From NCBI GenBank assembly GCA_963693095.2, contig OY843768.1:1600001-1664000 (forward strand): a stretch of DNA of 64,000 bases, given 5' to 3'. This DNA is from Cenarchaeum sp. GTDB taxonomy: Archaea > Thermoproteota > Nitrososphaeria > Nitrososphaerales > Nitrosopumilaceae. The notes under the pieces are model-generated. The model was not told the origin of the DNA. It made no database searches and was given only the letters and a program-made list of their open reading frames with translations. Positions 19,870 to 28,925 of the stretch are shown here, one piece after another; the stretch's first letter is position 1, and each line of letters begins with the position of its first letter. The translations under genes were made by a program, and so were the position numbers.

Positions 19870-19948
19870 CCAGTCGTGTGGCGCTTACGAGCCTCCACAG
19901 GCGAGTCGGGCCTGGCTTCGCGGCTCTTGCCGGGTGGTCAGGACCGCA
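19870..19948 (+). ncRNA. DUF3800-associated RNA candidate, copy 3
   Basis: GCT-TACG-AGC loop; inner stem CGGC/GCCG; AAAAGTCTTAAAT upstream. Confidence 0.7.
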
Positions 19949-20073
19949 GCTCTCATTCCCCATTACCATTGCAGGCGGCGGCGTATTGGGTTCGGGGCAA
20001 TGGCATTCGCAATGTTGGTATCACGCCTGCCGCATGGGTCAATGTTTAAATAAAGAGCGCCCCATACTCTGGG

Positions 20074-20152
20074 GCAGACATGTGGTGCTTAAGGGCTTCC
20101 ACAGTCGAGCCGGGCCTGGCTTCGCTGCGATTGTGGGGTGGTCAGGACCGCA
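20074..20152 (+). ncRNA. DUF3800-associated RNA candidate, copy 4
   Basis: TTTAAATA 21 nt upstream; inner stem CTGC/GTGG with G-U pairs. Confidence 0.7.
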
Positions 20153-20156
20153 TTCA

Positions 20157-20894
20157 TCAATCCACCGAGTCATAAAGCACGCGGGAGATCTTGGGCTCTA
20201 TCAAAGCATACCAGTGGGCAAAAAATCCTGCGTCGTTGCTCTTGTTGACCCTGGCTACGATATATGCAATCATGTCGGCTAGCTGAATCAGATTGCACGA
20301 CCTAGATGTCACAAACATTGGTCCGGGCATGGCGGTTGTTCTCAAAGTATCAATATCCACAAACGGGTCTGGGGCTTGTGCAAATATCCTGCCCACAATT
20401 CTGTTAGTCACATCATCATACTGGTCAAGCAAGATCACGTGTGCCGTGTCAGGAGAACGCAAAAGGGTTTGGTAAAGTATGTCAAAAGCGCGATTCCAAG
20501 ATTTTACTGTCGTGTTTAGTGATCTAAACGTGTTATCTATGGGGCGCTTGTCCATTATGACAACATTGATTATGGCATCCATATTTATCGCAATTTCGAC
20601 AATATCATCAAATATGACATGCATCTGCTTTTTGGCGAGTGCCATGTTATTAGTGTATTTGAGTAGACGATTTTTCAGAGCATAGGCATGAAAGTCCGTC
20701 TGTTCCACGTCATCCTTTCCAAAATGCTTTATCTTTAGCTCTTGAAGGCGCGCATCAATTCTATACGCCTCTTTTGCGCCCATGGTGAGCGTGGCGGTGA
20801 TGTAGTGTGGGGTGTCAGCTATGCTCTTTGCAGAGCGCGACGGGTTGCCAGAGCTGTCACCGAACGTAAAGAGGACGTTTGTGTCGGGTTCCAT
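20157..20894 (-). CDS. DUF3800-family protein, copy B
   Basis: FGDSSGN, DFHA, ILLD, IQLADMIAY. Confidence 0.8.
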   Translation of the reverse strand: MEPDTNVLFTFGDSSGNPSRSAKSIADTPHYITATLTMGAKEAYRIDARLQELKIKHFGKDDVEQTDFHAYALKNRLLKYTNNMALAKKQMHVIFDDIVEIAINMDAIINVVIMDKRPIDNTFRSLNTTVKSWNRAFDILYQTLLRSPDTAHVILLDQYDDVTNRIVGRIFAQAPDPFVDIDTLRTTAMPGPMFVTSRSCNLIQLADMIAYIVARVNKSNDAGFFAHWYALIEPKISRVLYDSVD

Positions 20895-21039
20895 CGTGGC
20901 CGCTGCGCGATCATGCCCCTTAAAATGATTAGGCGGGGGCTGGCGATCATCCGTATGTTTGGTGCCATCAATGTCCCGGATGAGCCGCCCACGCGCCTTT
21001 TCCCAAACGCCTTAAATCTGCCGTGCCGGACAGCGCGCC

Positions 21040-21076
21040 CCTGATATGTGGCGCTTACGGGTTCCACAGTTGAGCA
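21040..21076 (+). ncRNA. DUF3800-associated RNA candidate, copy 5 (5' hairpin only; 3' half diverged)
   Basis: GATATGTGGCGCTTACGGGTTCCACAGTTGAGC; CCTTAAAT upstream. Confidence 0.45.
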
Positions 21077-21174
21077 GGGTCGTGCTTCTCCGTTGCTAGG
21101 CACGGGCATCCATGTTGCCAGCTTTTGCCTGTGAAACTGAAAAGTGTTTAAATATTGGGCGTCCATAACTCTCC

Positions 21175-21251
21175 GCAGACTAGTGTTCCTTCGAGTTCTA
21201 CAGTCGAGCCGGGTCTGACTATGCGGCACTGGTCGGATGGTTAGGACCACA
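21175..21251 (+). ncRNA. DUF3800-associated RNA candidate, copy 6
   Basis: TTCG loop variant; TTTAAATA upstream; most similar to the copy at 35463. Confidence 0.6.
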
Positions 21252-21258
21252 TCATTTT

Positions 21259-21494
21259 CTATCGCGTCGACTGGCGGAGCATGTGGGAGATCTTTGGCTC
21301 TAGCAACGCATACCAGTGGGCAAACGATTCTGCGTCCTCGTCTCCATTAACCTTGCCTATGATATACGCAATCATGTCGGCGCGGTGATCGTGGCGGTGA
21401 TGTGGTGTGGGATGTCAGCTATGCTCTTGGCAGAGCGTGACGGGTTGCCAGAGCTGTCATCGAACGTGAGCAGGGCGGTTGTGCCGGGTTCCAT
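21259..21494 (-). pseudogene. Internally deleted DUF3800 gene
   Basis: N-terminal DDSSGNPSRSAKSIAD...TATIT joined out of frame to the C-terminal ADMIAY...LLEPKIS; about 500 bp missing. Confidence 0.85.
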
Positions 21495-21644
21495 TGTGGC
21501 CGTTGCGCGATCATGTCTTTCAAAATAATTAGCCGGGAGGGTATGTAATCATCCAAGGTGTTTGGCATCGGCAGATCATAGTTCAGGGTAAGTGTGCTCG
21601 TGGGCGCGTCAAAAGCCTTAAATCTGCCATGCCGGACAACCGCC

Positions 21645-21721
21645 TCAGACATGTGGCGCCTACGGGCACACAGTCGAGCCGGGCATGGCTTCGCTGCGAT
21701 TGTGGGGTGGTCAGGACCGCA
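21645..21721 (+). ncRNA. DUF3800-associated RNA candidate, copy 7
   Basis: GCC-TACG-GGC loop; AAAAGCCTTAAAT upstream. Confidence 0.7.
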
Positions 21722-21848
21722 ACTCTCATTCCACTGCTGTTATGACAGGCGGTAACAGATTAAGTCACAGGACAGTGGCATCCACAGCATCGGCGCCACG
21801 CCTGCCATATGAGCCAGTGTTTAAATAAAAAGCACATACTACCCTGAC

Positions 21849-21926
21849 GCAGATATGTGCCGCCTTTAGGCCACACAGTCGAGACGGTCCTGGCCTAGCG
21901 ACTATTGTCGTGTGGTCAGGACCGCA
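21849..21926 (+). ncRNA. DUF3800-associated RNA candidate, copy 8
   Basis: Inner stem GCGAC/GTCGT; TTTAAATA upstream. Confidence 0.7.
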
Positions 21927-22047
21927 ACTCTCATTCCCTATTGCCATTGCAGGCGGCGTATTAGGTTCGGGCAATGGCATCCGCAGTGTTGGCATCATGC
22001 CTGCCATATACGTTAATGTTTAAATAAAGAGCACACGCTACCCTGAC

Positions 22048-22125
22048 GCAGATATGTGGCGCCTTTAGGTCCCACAGTCGAGCCGGTCCTGGCCTAGCGG
22101 CGTATGCCGTGTGGTCAGGACCGCA
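22048..22125 (+). ncRNA. DUF3800-associated RNA candidate, copy 9
   Basis: CGGTCCTGGCC/GGTCAGGACCG 11-bp stem with one G-U pair; TTTAAATA upstream. Confidence 0.72.
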
Positions 22126-22132
22126 TTCTCAA

Positions 22133-22873
22133 CTAGTTCACGGCCCCTCGAAAAATGCCAGAGATCTTGGGCTCTAGCAGGGCATACCGTCGGACAAACG
22201 ACTCTTCTGCATCACGTCTGCTGGCCTTGGTCATGATATATGCAACCATGTCGGCCAATTGGATCAAATTGGAGAGTCTAGAGTTTACAAACACTGGCCT
22301 CATGGCAGTTCTGCCCGCAAAGCCGCCAACATTGATGAACGGTTGTAGATACTGCATAACGATATTGTTCACATCCCTGTTGGTTGCATCATCAGATGTG
22401 TCAAGCAGAGTCAGGTTTGTTGTGTTTGGGGGAAATTTTAAGAGGGTTCGTCGGAGTAGAACAGAGGCACAGCCCCAAGATTTGATCGTTGTGTTATCTG
22501 ATCGTAATGTTTCACCTGTGGGACGTTTTTCCATTATGACTACGTTGATGATGGCATCCATGTCCAGCACAATTTCAACAATGTCATCAAAAATAGCCTC
22601 AAGGCTTTCTTTTGCCTTTTTCATGCCTTTTGTTTGCCATAACAGGCTCCGTCGCAAAACACGGGCATGAAACTCTGCACGCTCTAGCCTGCGCCCGTCA
22701 AAGTACTTTTTCTTGAGATTGTCCATGCGCCCGTCAATCCTGTGCGCTTCTTTTACGTCCGTCGTGAACGTGACTATGATATAGTGGGGCGTGTCTGCTA
22801 TGGCCTTTGCAGAGCGCGACGGGTTGCCAGAGCTGTCGCCGAACGTGAGCAGGACGTTTGTGCCGGGTTCCAT
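22133..22873 (-). CDS. DUF3800-family protein, copy C
   Basis: FGDSSGN, EFHA, TLLD, IQLADMVAY. Confidence 0.8.
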   Translation of the reverse strand: MEPGTNVLLTFGDSSGNPSRSAKAIADTPHYIIVTFTTDVKEAHRIDGRMDNLKKKYFDGRRLERAEFHARVLRRSLLWQTKGMKKAKESLEAIFDDIVEIVLDMDAIINVVIMEKRPTGETLRSDNTTIKSWGCASVLLRRTLLKFPPNTTNLTLLDTSDDATNRDVNNIVMQYLQPFINVGGFAGRTAMRPVFVNSRLSNLIQLADMVAYIMTKASRRDAEESFVRRYALLEPKISGIFRGAVN

Positions 22874-23025
22874 TGCGGCCTCTGCGCGATCATGCCCCTT
22901 AAAATGATTATGCGGGAGGGCCGGCGATCATCCAAGGTGCCTGGCGTCGGCGGATCAGAGTTCAGGGCGAGCCGCCCCGTGCCCCATGTCAAAAGCCTTA
23001 AATCTGCCATGCCGGACAATGCGAT

Positions 23026-23103
23026 CCAGACCTGTGTCGCCTTTAGGTCACACACTCGAGACGGTCCTGGCCTAGCGACTATTGTCGTGTGGTCAGGACC
23101 GCA
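23026..23103 (+). ncRNA. DUF3800-associated RNA candidate, copy 10
   Basis: Same motif; AAAAGCCTTAAAT upstream. Confidence 0.7.
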
Positions 23104-23228
23104 ACCCTCATTCCCTGTTGTCATAGCAAGCGGTCGCGCATTGGGTTTGGGACAATGGCGTCCGCAGCATCGGCATCACGCCTGCCGCATGGGTCAATGC
23201 TTAAACAGGGCACGCCCCGCACCCTGGG

Positions 23229-23306
23229 GCAGACCTGTGCCGCCTTTAGGCCACACAGTCGAGCCGGGCCTGGCCTAGCGGCGTATGCCGTGTGGCCAGG
23301 ACCGCA
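23229..23306 (+). ncRNA. DUF3800-associated RNA candidate, copy 11
   Basis: Same motif; CTTAAAC upstream. Confidence 0.7.
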
Positions 23307-23359
23307 ACCCCACCCGTTCTAGCGCCAAAATTCATATAGATTCTCCGCGGCGCACGCTG

Positions 23360-23557
23360 ATGATGGCCTCAAGGGCGATATGCGCAGGCGTGGGAGTGCC
23401 GATGATCATAGTCGGCGCGCTCGCGGCCCTCCTCGTGCCCCCCGTGGCCGGCAGCATGGCCGACACGGCCGAGTTCCTAGGCAGCCTGATAGGCATCCTC
23501 GGCGCCGTCTTTTTCGTCGCCGGCCTATTCTACACCAAAGAGCCAGTCATGCACTAG
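23360..23557 (+). CDS. Small two-TM membrane protein
   Basis: MMASRAICAGVGVPMIIVG...FYTKEPVMH. Confidence 0.7.
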   Translation: MMASRAICAGVGVPMIIVGALAALLVPPVAGSMADTAEFLGSLIGILGAVFFVAGLFYTKEPVMH

Positions 23558-23594
23558 CGATGACATAAATCCCAATGCGTGCGGGGCTGGGCCG

Positions 23595-24311
23595 ATGGGC
23601 GTGCGGATATTTGAGGTCTTTACCTCGATCGAGGGCGAGGGCCTCCTCTACGGGACAAAGACGCTCTTTGTGAGGCTCGCCGGCTGCCCGTTCACGTGCT
23701 TTTACTGCGACACGGCCGAGGCCCTTCCGGCCGGCTCGGGAAAAGAGTACACGATGGAGGAGGCGTGTGCGCTCATCGACTCGTCGCTCCAGGACCGCAC
23801 GTACAAGGTCAACTTTACCGGAGGCGAGCCACTGGTCCAGCACGAGGCCGTCGCAGGGCTCGCGCGCCACGTGCGCTCCAGGGGCGTGCGCACGTACCTA
23901 GAGTCAGCGTGCTATGACTCTGCGCGCTTTGCGCATGTCATGGACCACATGGACATACTAAAGGTCGAGTTCAAGACGGCTGACTCGGAGGTCGCGCGCG
24001 AGCCGGCGCACTATGCGAGGCTCATCGACGAGGCGACAAAATGCCTAGAGGCCGCAGTGCGCGCAGGAAAGACAGTCTATGTAAAGATAGTAGTGAGCGC
24101 GAGGACCGGTGATGTGGAGTTTGGCGAGCTTCTTGACAGGGTGTTTGCGGCAGCTCCCGCATCATCGATAGCCGGGCTCTTTATCCAGCCGACTAGCGGT
24201 GTCGAGGAGCCGCGCCTAGAGTCACTTGTGCGCATGTATGATGTCGCAAGCGAGCGCTATGCCGAGGTCAGGGTAGTCCCGCAGCTGCACAAGCTCATGG
24301 GCGCGATCTAG
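23595..24311 (+). CDS. queE: 7-carboxy-7-deazaguanine synthase (radical SAM)
   Basis: EVFTSIEGEG, FVRLAGCPFTCFYCDT, FTGGEP, PQLHK. Confidence 0.93.
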   Translation: MGVRIFEVFTSIEGEGLLYGTKTLFVRLAGCPFTCFYCDTAEALPAGSGKEYTMEEACALIDSSLQDRTYKVNFTGGEPLVQHEAVAGLARHVRSRGVRTYLESACYDSARFAHVMDHMDILKVEFKTADSEVAREPAHYARLIDEATKCLEAAVRAGKTVYVKIVVSARTGDVEFGELLDRVFAAAPASSIAGLFIQPTSGVEEPRLESLVRMYDVASERYAEVRVVPQLHKLMGAI

Positions 24312-24386
24312 GGCGTGCTCACTAGTTCTCGCACTTGTGTGGAATATTAGAAATGTTAATAAACTGTTTCTATATCTAGATCAGAC

Positions 24387-24980
24387 TTGACAGTGAGGTG
24401 TCCAGAGTGCGGTTCGGCGTCGACTGCGAGGATGAGGCCGCCGGGAATGCCCATGCGCGAGGCAAGCATTGCCAACATGGGGATGGCGGAGCTCGGCCGT
24501 GCGGTGACGGGCACTAGTCCCATCAGGCAGCCAAATGCGCCAAACCGGTCATGCGACTCTTGTGGTGCGCAATTTAGGAACAAGTACGTAAAGTGCCCCG
24601 CGTGCCGATCCGTGGACATTGCGCCGATAGTGTACAAGCGCGGCGACGCCTGGAGCGACGCGGAGCCAAATGCCGAGAACGCAGAATGGGAGGAGCTCGG
24701 GGCCAAATTGGGCGTTGTCGCAATGCCGCCTGACAGCAGCGTCAACCGTCCGACATTTGTGTGCAGAGAGTGCCAAAACGCGTTCAGGACCCGCCCCGAG
24801 CCGTGTCCGGCGTGCGGCTCGCACAACATCAAGCGGATCGTGCAGGGGTATCCGGCGCCCTGGGCCTTTGAAGATCCTGGACGGGTCATGGGAGGGGGGT
24901 GCTGCGTGTCGCCTGAAAGCCCGACAAAGCAATGCGCCGACTGTGGGCACAATTTTGGCAGGCTTGGCCGCGGGTATTGA
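24387..24980 (+). CDS. Multi-CxxC zinc-ribbon protein
   Basis: CPEC, CDSC, CPAC, CREC, CPAC, GGCC, CADC. Confidence 0.65.
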   Translation: MTVRCPECGSASTARMRPPGMPMREASIANMGMAELGRAVTGTSPIRQPNAPNRSCDSCGAQFRNKYVKCPACRSVDIAPIVYKRGDAWSDAEPNAENAEWEELGAKLGVVAMPPDSSVNRPTFVCRECQNAFRTRPEPCPACGSHNIKRIVQGYPAPWAFEDPGRVMGGGCCVSPESPTKQCADCGHNFGRLGRGY

Positions 24981-25069
24981 CACGCACGCCGGAAACGTGC
25001 GCACGCGACGCCATTCGCATGGAGGCGCCCCTACCTTCAAATACTGACACACCGGCCCTTTGCGCACAA

Positions 25070-25627
25070 ATGAACCATGACCGCATAAGGGGGCTCGTGC
25101 GCGAGCTCATAATCGAGATAGGCGAGGACCCAACGAGGGAGGGCCTGCGCGACACGCCAGAGCGCATAGCTGACATGTATGGCGAGATATTTGACGGGTA
25201 CGAGTCTGATGCCGAGCTCGACGTCCAGTTCTCCGAGGACTCGGACACCGTCGTCGTGCGCGACATTAGGTTCTACTCGATGTGCGAGCACCATATGCTC
25301 CCGTTCTTTGGCACGGTCAGCATCGCCTACGCGCCAAACGGCCGCGTCTTTGGGACATCAAAGCTCGTGCGCCTCGTCAAAAAGCACGCCAGGCGCCTCC
25401 AGATACAGGAGCGCTTTACGAGGAGCATCGCAGATGACCTCAACGCGCAGGGCGTAAAGGGCGTCGCCGTCTGGGCCGACGCCGAGCACCTCTGCATGAG
25501 GATGCGCGGTGTAGAGAACGAGGCGACGATGACGACGAGCGCGTTTCGCGGGATATACGAGAACCGCCTAGAGCGGCAGGCCATAGTGGCCATGGTCCAC
25601 CAGAGGGCAAAGCAGCCGCCGGCATAG
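25070..25627 (+). CDS. folE: GTP cyclohydrolase I
   Basis: GEDPTREGLRDTPER, SMCEHHMLPF, LQIQER, HLCMRMRG. Confidence 0.95.
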   Translation: MNHDRIRGLVRELIIEIGEDPTREGLRDTPERIADMYGEIFDGYESDAELDVQFSEDSDTVVVRDIRFYSMCEHHMLPFFGTVSIAYAPNGRVFGTSKLVRLVKKHARRLQIQERFTRSIADDLNAQGVKGVAVWADAEHLCMRMRGVENEATMTTSAFRGIYENRLERQAIVAMVHQRAKQPPA

Positions 25628-25691
25628 TGGGCATGAACGGCTCGGATCGCGCACATATGCATAAATACCAACATCTGGCCGCGTGGCACTG

Positions 25692-26036
25692 ATGGGTGCG
25701 CACGACAATGTCCATGTCCCTAGTGAGTCATGGCCGAACTGGACGTGGTATGCGATCGAGTTTGGCATAGTCCTGGCAGTCTCCATGGTCATCGCCTGGC
25801 AGGTCTCAGACGCCATACTCCCCGCAGTGGCCGCCGCTGCAGGCCACGCCGGCGCACTAGAGTCCTGGGAGGGAATCAACATACACTCTGCCGAGTTCAA
25901 GGCGCTAGAGGCTGCCGTCGAGTATAGGATCATCGCAATGTCCAACTGGGTCTTTTACGGAATCGTCGGCGTCGTCTTTCTTGGATGGTACCTCCTGATC
26001 CGCGGCCTCGCGCTAAAAAAGAGGGTTCTGGAATGA
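25692..26036 (+). CDS. Conserved hypothetical membrane protein
   Basis: WPNWTWYAIEF, two TM segments. Confidence 0.7.
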   Translation: MGAHDNVHVPSESWPNWTWYAIEFGIVLAVSMVIAWQVSDAILPAVAAAAGHAGALESWEGINIHSAEFKALEAAVEYRIIAMSNWVFYGIVGVVFLGWYLLIRGLALKKRVLE

Positions 26037-26500
26037 GACAGCAAGCCATCATCGCCGTTATGGGCATAGGCGCCGGCTTACTCGTAGCTGCGGCCATCAC
26101 CACGCAGGTCGAGTGGGATGTCGAGGAGCCTGTCATGCCAGATCGCACAGGCGAGGCGATGCCTAGTGCGCTCGGCGAGCGGGCCGCGATGATCGACGAC
26201 GAGGCCGAGTGTGTTGCCGAAGGCGGGTCGTGGAGGTGGATAAACGCGTCATTCAAGGCGTGCGTCCTGCCCTATCCGGACGCCGGCGAGGAGTGCTCGG
26301 CCTCATCCGAGTGCGCCGGCGGGTGCTTTGCCTCGGACTTTGACTCACTGGAGGCCGGTCTCGGGATGTGCAGGGCCGACACTGACCGCTCTGGCTGCCT
26401 AGGCGAGATCGGCGGCTCTACCATCGAGTGCCTCCATGACGATATCATGACGCGCTGCACGATAGACTCCTTGGAGCGCGAGTGCCTCAGGCTGCGCTAG
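26033..26500 (+). CDS. Cys-rich membrane-anchored/secreted protein
   Basis: N-terminal hydrophobic segment, ten Cys; ATGA overlap with the previous gene. Confidence 0.7.
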   Translation: MRQQAIIAVMGIGAGLLVAAAITTQVEWDVEEPVMPDRTGEAMPSALGERAAMIDDEAECVAEGGSWRWINASFKACVLPYPDAGEECSASSECAGGCFASDFDSLEAGLGMCRADTDRSGCLGEIGGSTIECLHDDIMTRCTIDSLERECLRLR

Positions 26501-27186
26501 TGCGCGTATCTCGTCCTGTCTAGTATTCCGGCCTCGGCAAATGCGGCCTTGCGGTTTGCGCATGACTCGCACTCGCCGCAGTGCGCCGTTCTTGATGACG
26601 AGTAGCAGCTCCACGTCTCAAATATCGCATCGCCGAGCGCGCGGTGGCCGCGGCGGATCATGTCGGCCTTTGAGAGACGCGCACTCGCCGGACTCCATAT
26701 GCTGATGCGCTGCCTCTTGCCTGAGCGTATCCCGTCAGACTCGCCGGCGTTGAGGGCCGACTCTAGTGCGCGCGCAAACGCTGGCCGGCAGTCCGGATAC
26801 GGCCTGTCGCCGGTGTGCGCACCGTACGCGACTGTCTGCGCGCCGATCGTAAATGCCCACGCCGTGGCGATCGAGAGAAAGACGGCGTTGCGGACCGGCA
26901 CGACTATTGAATAGTCAAACGTTTGCGGCAGGCGCGCGCGCGCATCGGTGAGAACGTTGGTCTTTGCATAGAGCGATCGCATAAACCCAATGTCGACGGT
27001 CTTGTGCTCGGTGAGGCCTGCGCGTCGCGCGAGGCGTTTTGCGGCCCTTATCTCCTGCGTCGCGCGCTGGCCATAGGAGAACGTTATTCCGTGGAGCGAG
27101 TGCGTCGGCGCAAGGTGCGCGCACATGCAAACGGAGTCTAGTCCCCCGCTAAACACGACTACGGCGCGCGGCCTCTTTTTGGCCAT
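26497..27186 (-). CDS. queC: 7-cyano-7-deazaguanine synthase
   Basis: VVFSGGLDS, VPVRN, YPDCR, TWSCY, CGECESC. Confidence 0.95.
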   Translation of the reverse strand: MAKKRPRAVVVFSGGLDSVCMCAHLAPTHSLHGITFSYGQRATQEIRAAKRLARRAGLTEHKTVDIGFMRSLYAKTNVLTDARARLPQTFDYSIVVPVRNAVFLSIATAWAFTIGAQTVAYGAHTGDRPYPDCRPAFARALESALNAGESDGIRSGKRQRISIWSPASARLSKADMIRRGHRALGDAIFETWSCYSSSRTAHCGECESCANRKAAFAEAGILDRTRYAH

Positions 27187-28112
27187 TATGCGCGCATGGC
27201 CCCGCGGGCCGTCGGCCTGCACTCGACTAGCCTGCACCGCACATGCGCGCGGGCAAACCCGCGCCTCATCGCGCGCGCGATTGCGCCAGTGTCCGCACCA
27301 TCGGCGGCAACTGCGATTATCGACGGGCCGGCCCCGCTTATTGCCACGCCGGCGGCTCCGGCGCGCATTGCAGCCGAGCGGACATGCTCTAGGCCGGGAA
27401 TCTTTGCGCGGCGCGCCGGCTCGGCTATCGCGTCTGCCATCGCCGAGCCGATGAGGGCCGTGTCGCGCCGCGCGATTCCGGCGACTAGCGCGGCAGCATT
27501 GGAGACGTTGGCCGTGACGTCTGCGAGGCGCGGCGTGCGCGGGACGACTCCCCTCGAGGCGGCCGTCTTTTTGGCCGGAACGGCGATCTCGGGCACGGCG
27601 ACGCAGCAGCGCATGTCCGCCGGCGCAGTCATGCGCACAATGTCTAGGGGGCCGGTCCGGACGATGACGAACCCGCCGAGGACCGCGGCGGCGACATTGT
27701 CATAGTGAATCGTGCCCGCACTGGCGCGCTCGCCGACTCCGGCGAGCTCGACGAGGCCGCGCGGCCCGAGGTCCAGCGAGAGGAGCTCGTCGGATGCGAC
27801 GGCGGCGGCGGCGGCCGATGCGGCACTGCTGCCCATTCCCATGCCGACTGGAACGCGCTTTAGTATCCGCACGTCTAGCCCGCGCACGCCGGACATGCGC
27901 ATGGCCTCCAGGGCGACTAGTCCTGCCGTGTTGCGCCGTGGGTCGGCCGGAACGCCGCCATCAGAGACCACGCGCACGCCGCGCACATCAGAGAGCGAGA
28001 CTGTCACCGTGTCCCTAAATGCGCCGAGTGCCATCCCAAACACGTCAAAGCCAGAGCCGAGGTTTGCAGTAGTCGACGGCGCGCTGGCCCTCGCGCTGCG
28101 CGCGCGGCTCAA
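27186..28112 (-). CDS. thrB: Homoserine kinase
   Basis: PSTTANLGSGFD, PVGMGMGSSAAS, HYDN, ISGAGPS. Confidence 0.95.
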   Translation of the reverse strand: MSRARSARASAPSTTANLGSGFDVFGMALGAFRDTVTVSLSDVRGVRVVSDGGVPADPRRNTAGLVALEAMRMSGVRGLDVRILKRVPVGMGMGSSAASAAAAAVASDELLSLDLGPRGLVELAGVGERASAGTIHYDNVAAAVLGGFVIVRTGPLDIVRMTAPADMRCCVAVPEIAVPAKKTAASRGVVPRTPRLADVTANVSNAAALVAGIARRDTALIGSAMADAIAEPARRAKIPGLEHVRSAAMRAGAAGVAISGAGPSIIAVAADGADTGAIARAMRRGFARAHVRCRLVECRPTARGAMRA

Positions 28113-28867
28113 TCGACGACCTCCTCACCCTCGTCTATTGCGCGGCCAAGCGAGGCCCAGAGCGTCTCTAGGCCGTCGCCAGTGACGCTAGAGACCGGCG
28201 TGATGGCCGGCGCGAGTCCGGCAGAGTCGAGGCCGCGCAGTATTCCCATCGAGAGCTCAAGGGACTCGCCGCCCGAGTCGCGCGCAAGCGCGCCGGCAAG
28301 TGACGATGTGTCCTCTGACCACGAGATCGCCTCTGCGGCTGACGGGGGCGACATGTCAGACTTTGTGAGCACGTGGACCGTCGGCATGCCAAGTCGGAGG
28401 CGGACTGACTCGGCGAGGAGCGCAATTGAGACAAAGTTCGACGGCGAGTTGACCATCATCCCGTCGAACAGAAAGACGCACGCCTTTTGGTCAGCATCAG
28501 GCACGCGCGCAATGAACGGACCGCTTGCGCGGTACGCAAAGAGCTCTATCTGGCCCGGCGTGTCGACGATGACATAGTCGGGGTTGACGGAGTTGACCTC
28601 GGTCCACACGTCATCGATCTTTGAGGCGACAAGGTCATTGGCCATGACGAGTGCGCCATTGGGCCCGAGGCCGTACTTTTTCATGAGCGAGACAATGTCA
28701 ACGTGGTCGCGCACGTCAACGTCACAGGTGTAGGGGAGGTCCTCGACGCCCGGATCCAGGTTGAGGCTCGCCACAAAGGCGCCGGCCCCCGTATAGTGCT
28801 CGCGCATCTTTGAGGCCAGGAGCGACTTGCCCGAGCCTGCTGTCCCCACGATAAACACCGCCTTCAA
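28109..28867 (-). CDS. GPN-loop GTPase
   Basis: GTAGSGKS, NLDPG, GLGPNG, DTPGQIE, TKSD. Confidence 0.93.
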   Translation of the reverse strand: MKAVFIVGTAGSGKSLLASKMREHYTGAGAFVASLNLDPGVEDLPYTCDVDVRDHVDIVSLMKKYGLGPNGALVMANDLVASKIDDVWTEVNSVNPDYVIVDTPGQIELFAYRASGPFIARVPDADQKACVFLFDGMMVNSPSNFVSIALLAESVRLRLGMPTVHVLTKSDMSPPSAAEAISWSEDTSSLAGALARDSGGESLELSMGILRGLDSAGLAPAITPVSSVTGDGLETLWASLGRAIDEGEEVVD

Positions 28868-28925
28868 GGTAATGCGCGCGCTTGCGCTGTTGGCTTATAT
28901 TTGAATGCGCGCGCGCGGCGGGCCA

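Noticed and set aside
18690-23310. CRISPR array interpretation of the repeats
   Set aside because: Units are ~78 nt, imperfect and individually promoted; the intervening sequences resemble each other rather than being unique spacers; no cas genes.
23595-27186. queE/folE/queC as a 7-deazaguanine DNA modification (dpd) island linked to dnd
   Set aside because: No dpdA-like transglycosylase seen; the genes sit among housekeeping genes and fit archaeosine (preQ0) synthesis.
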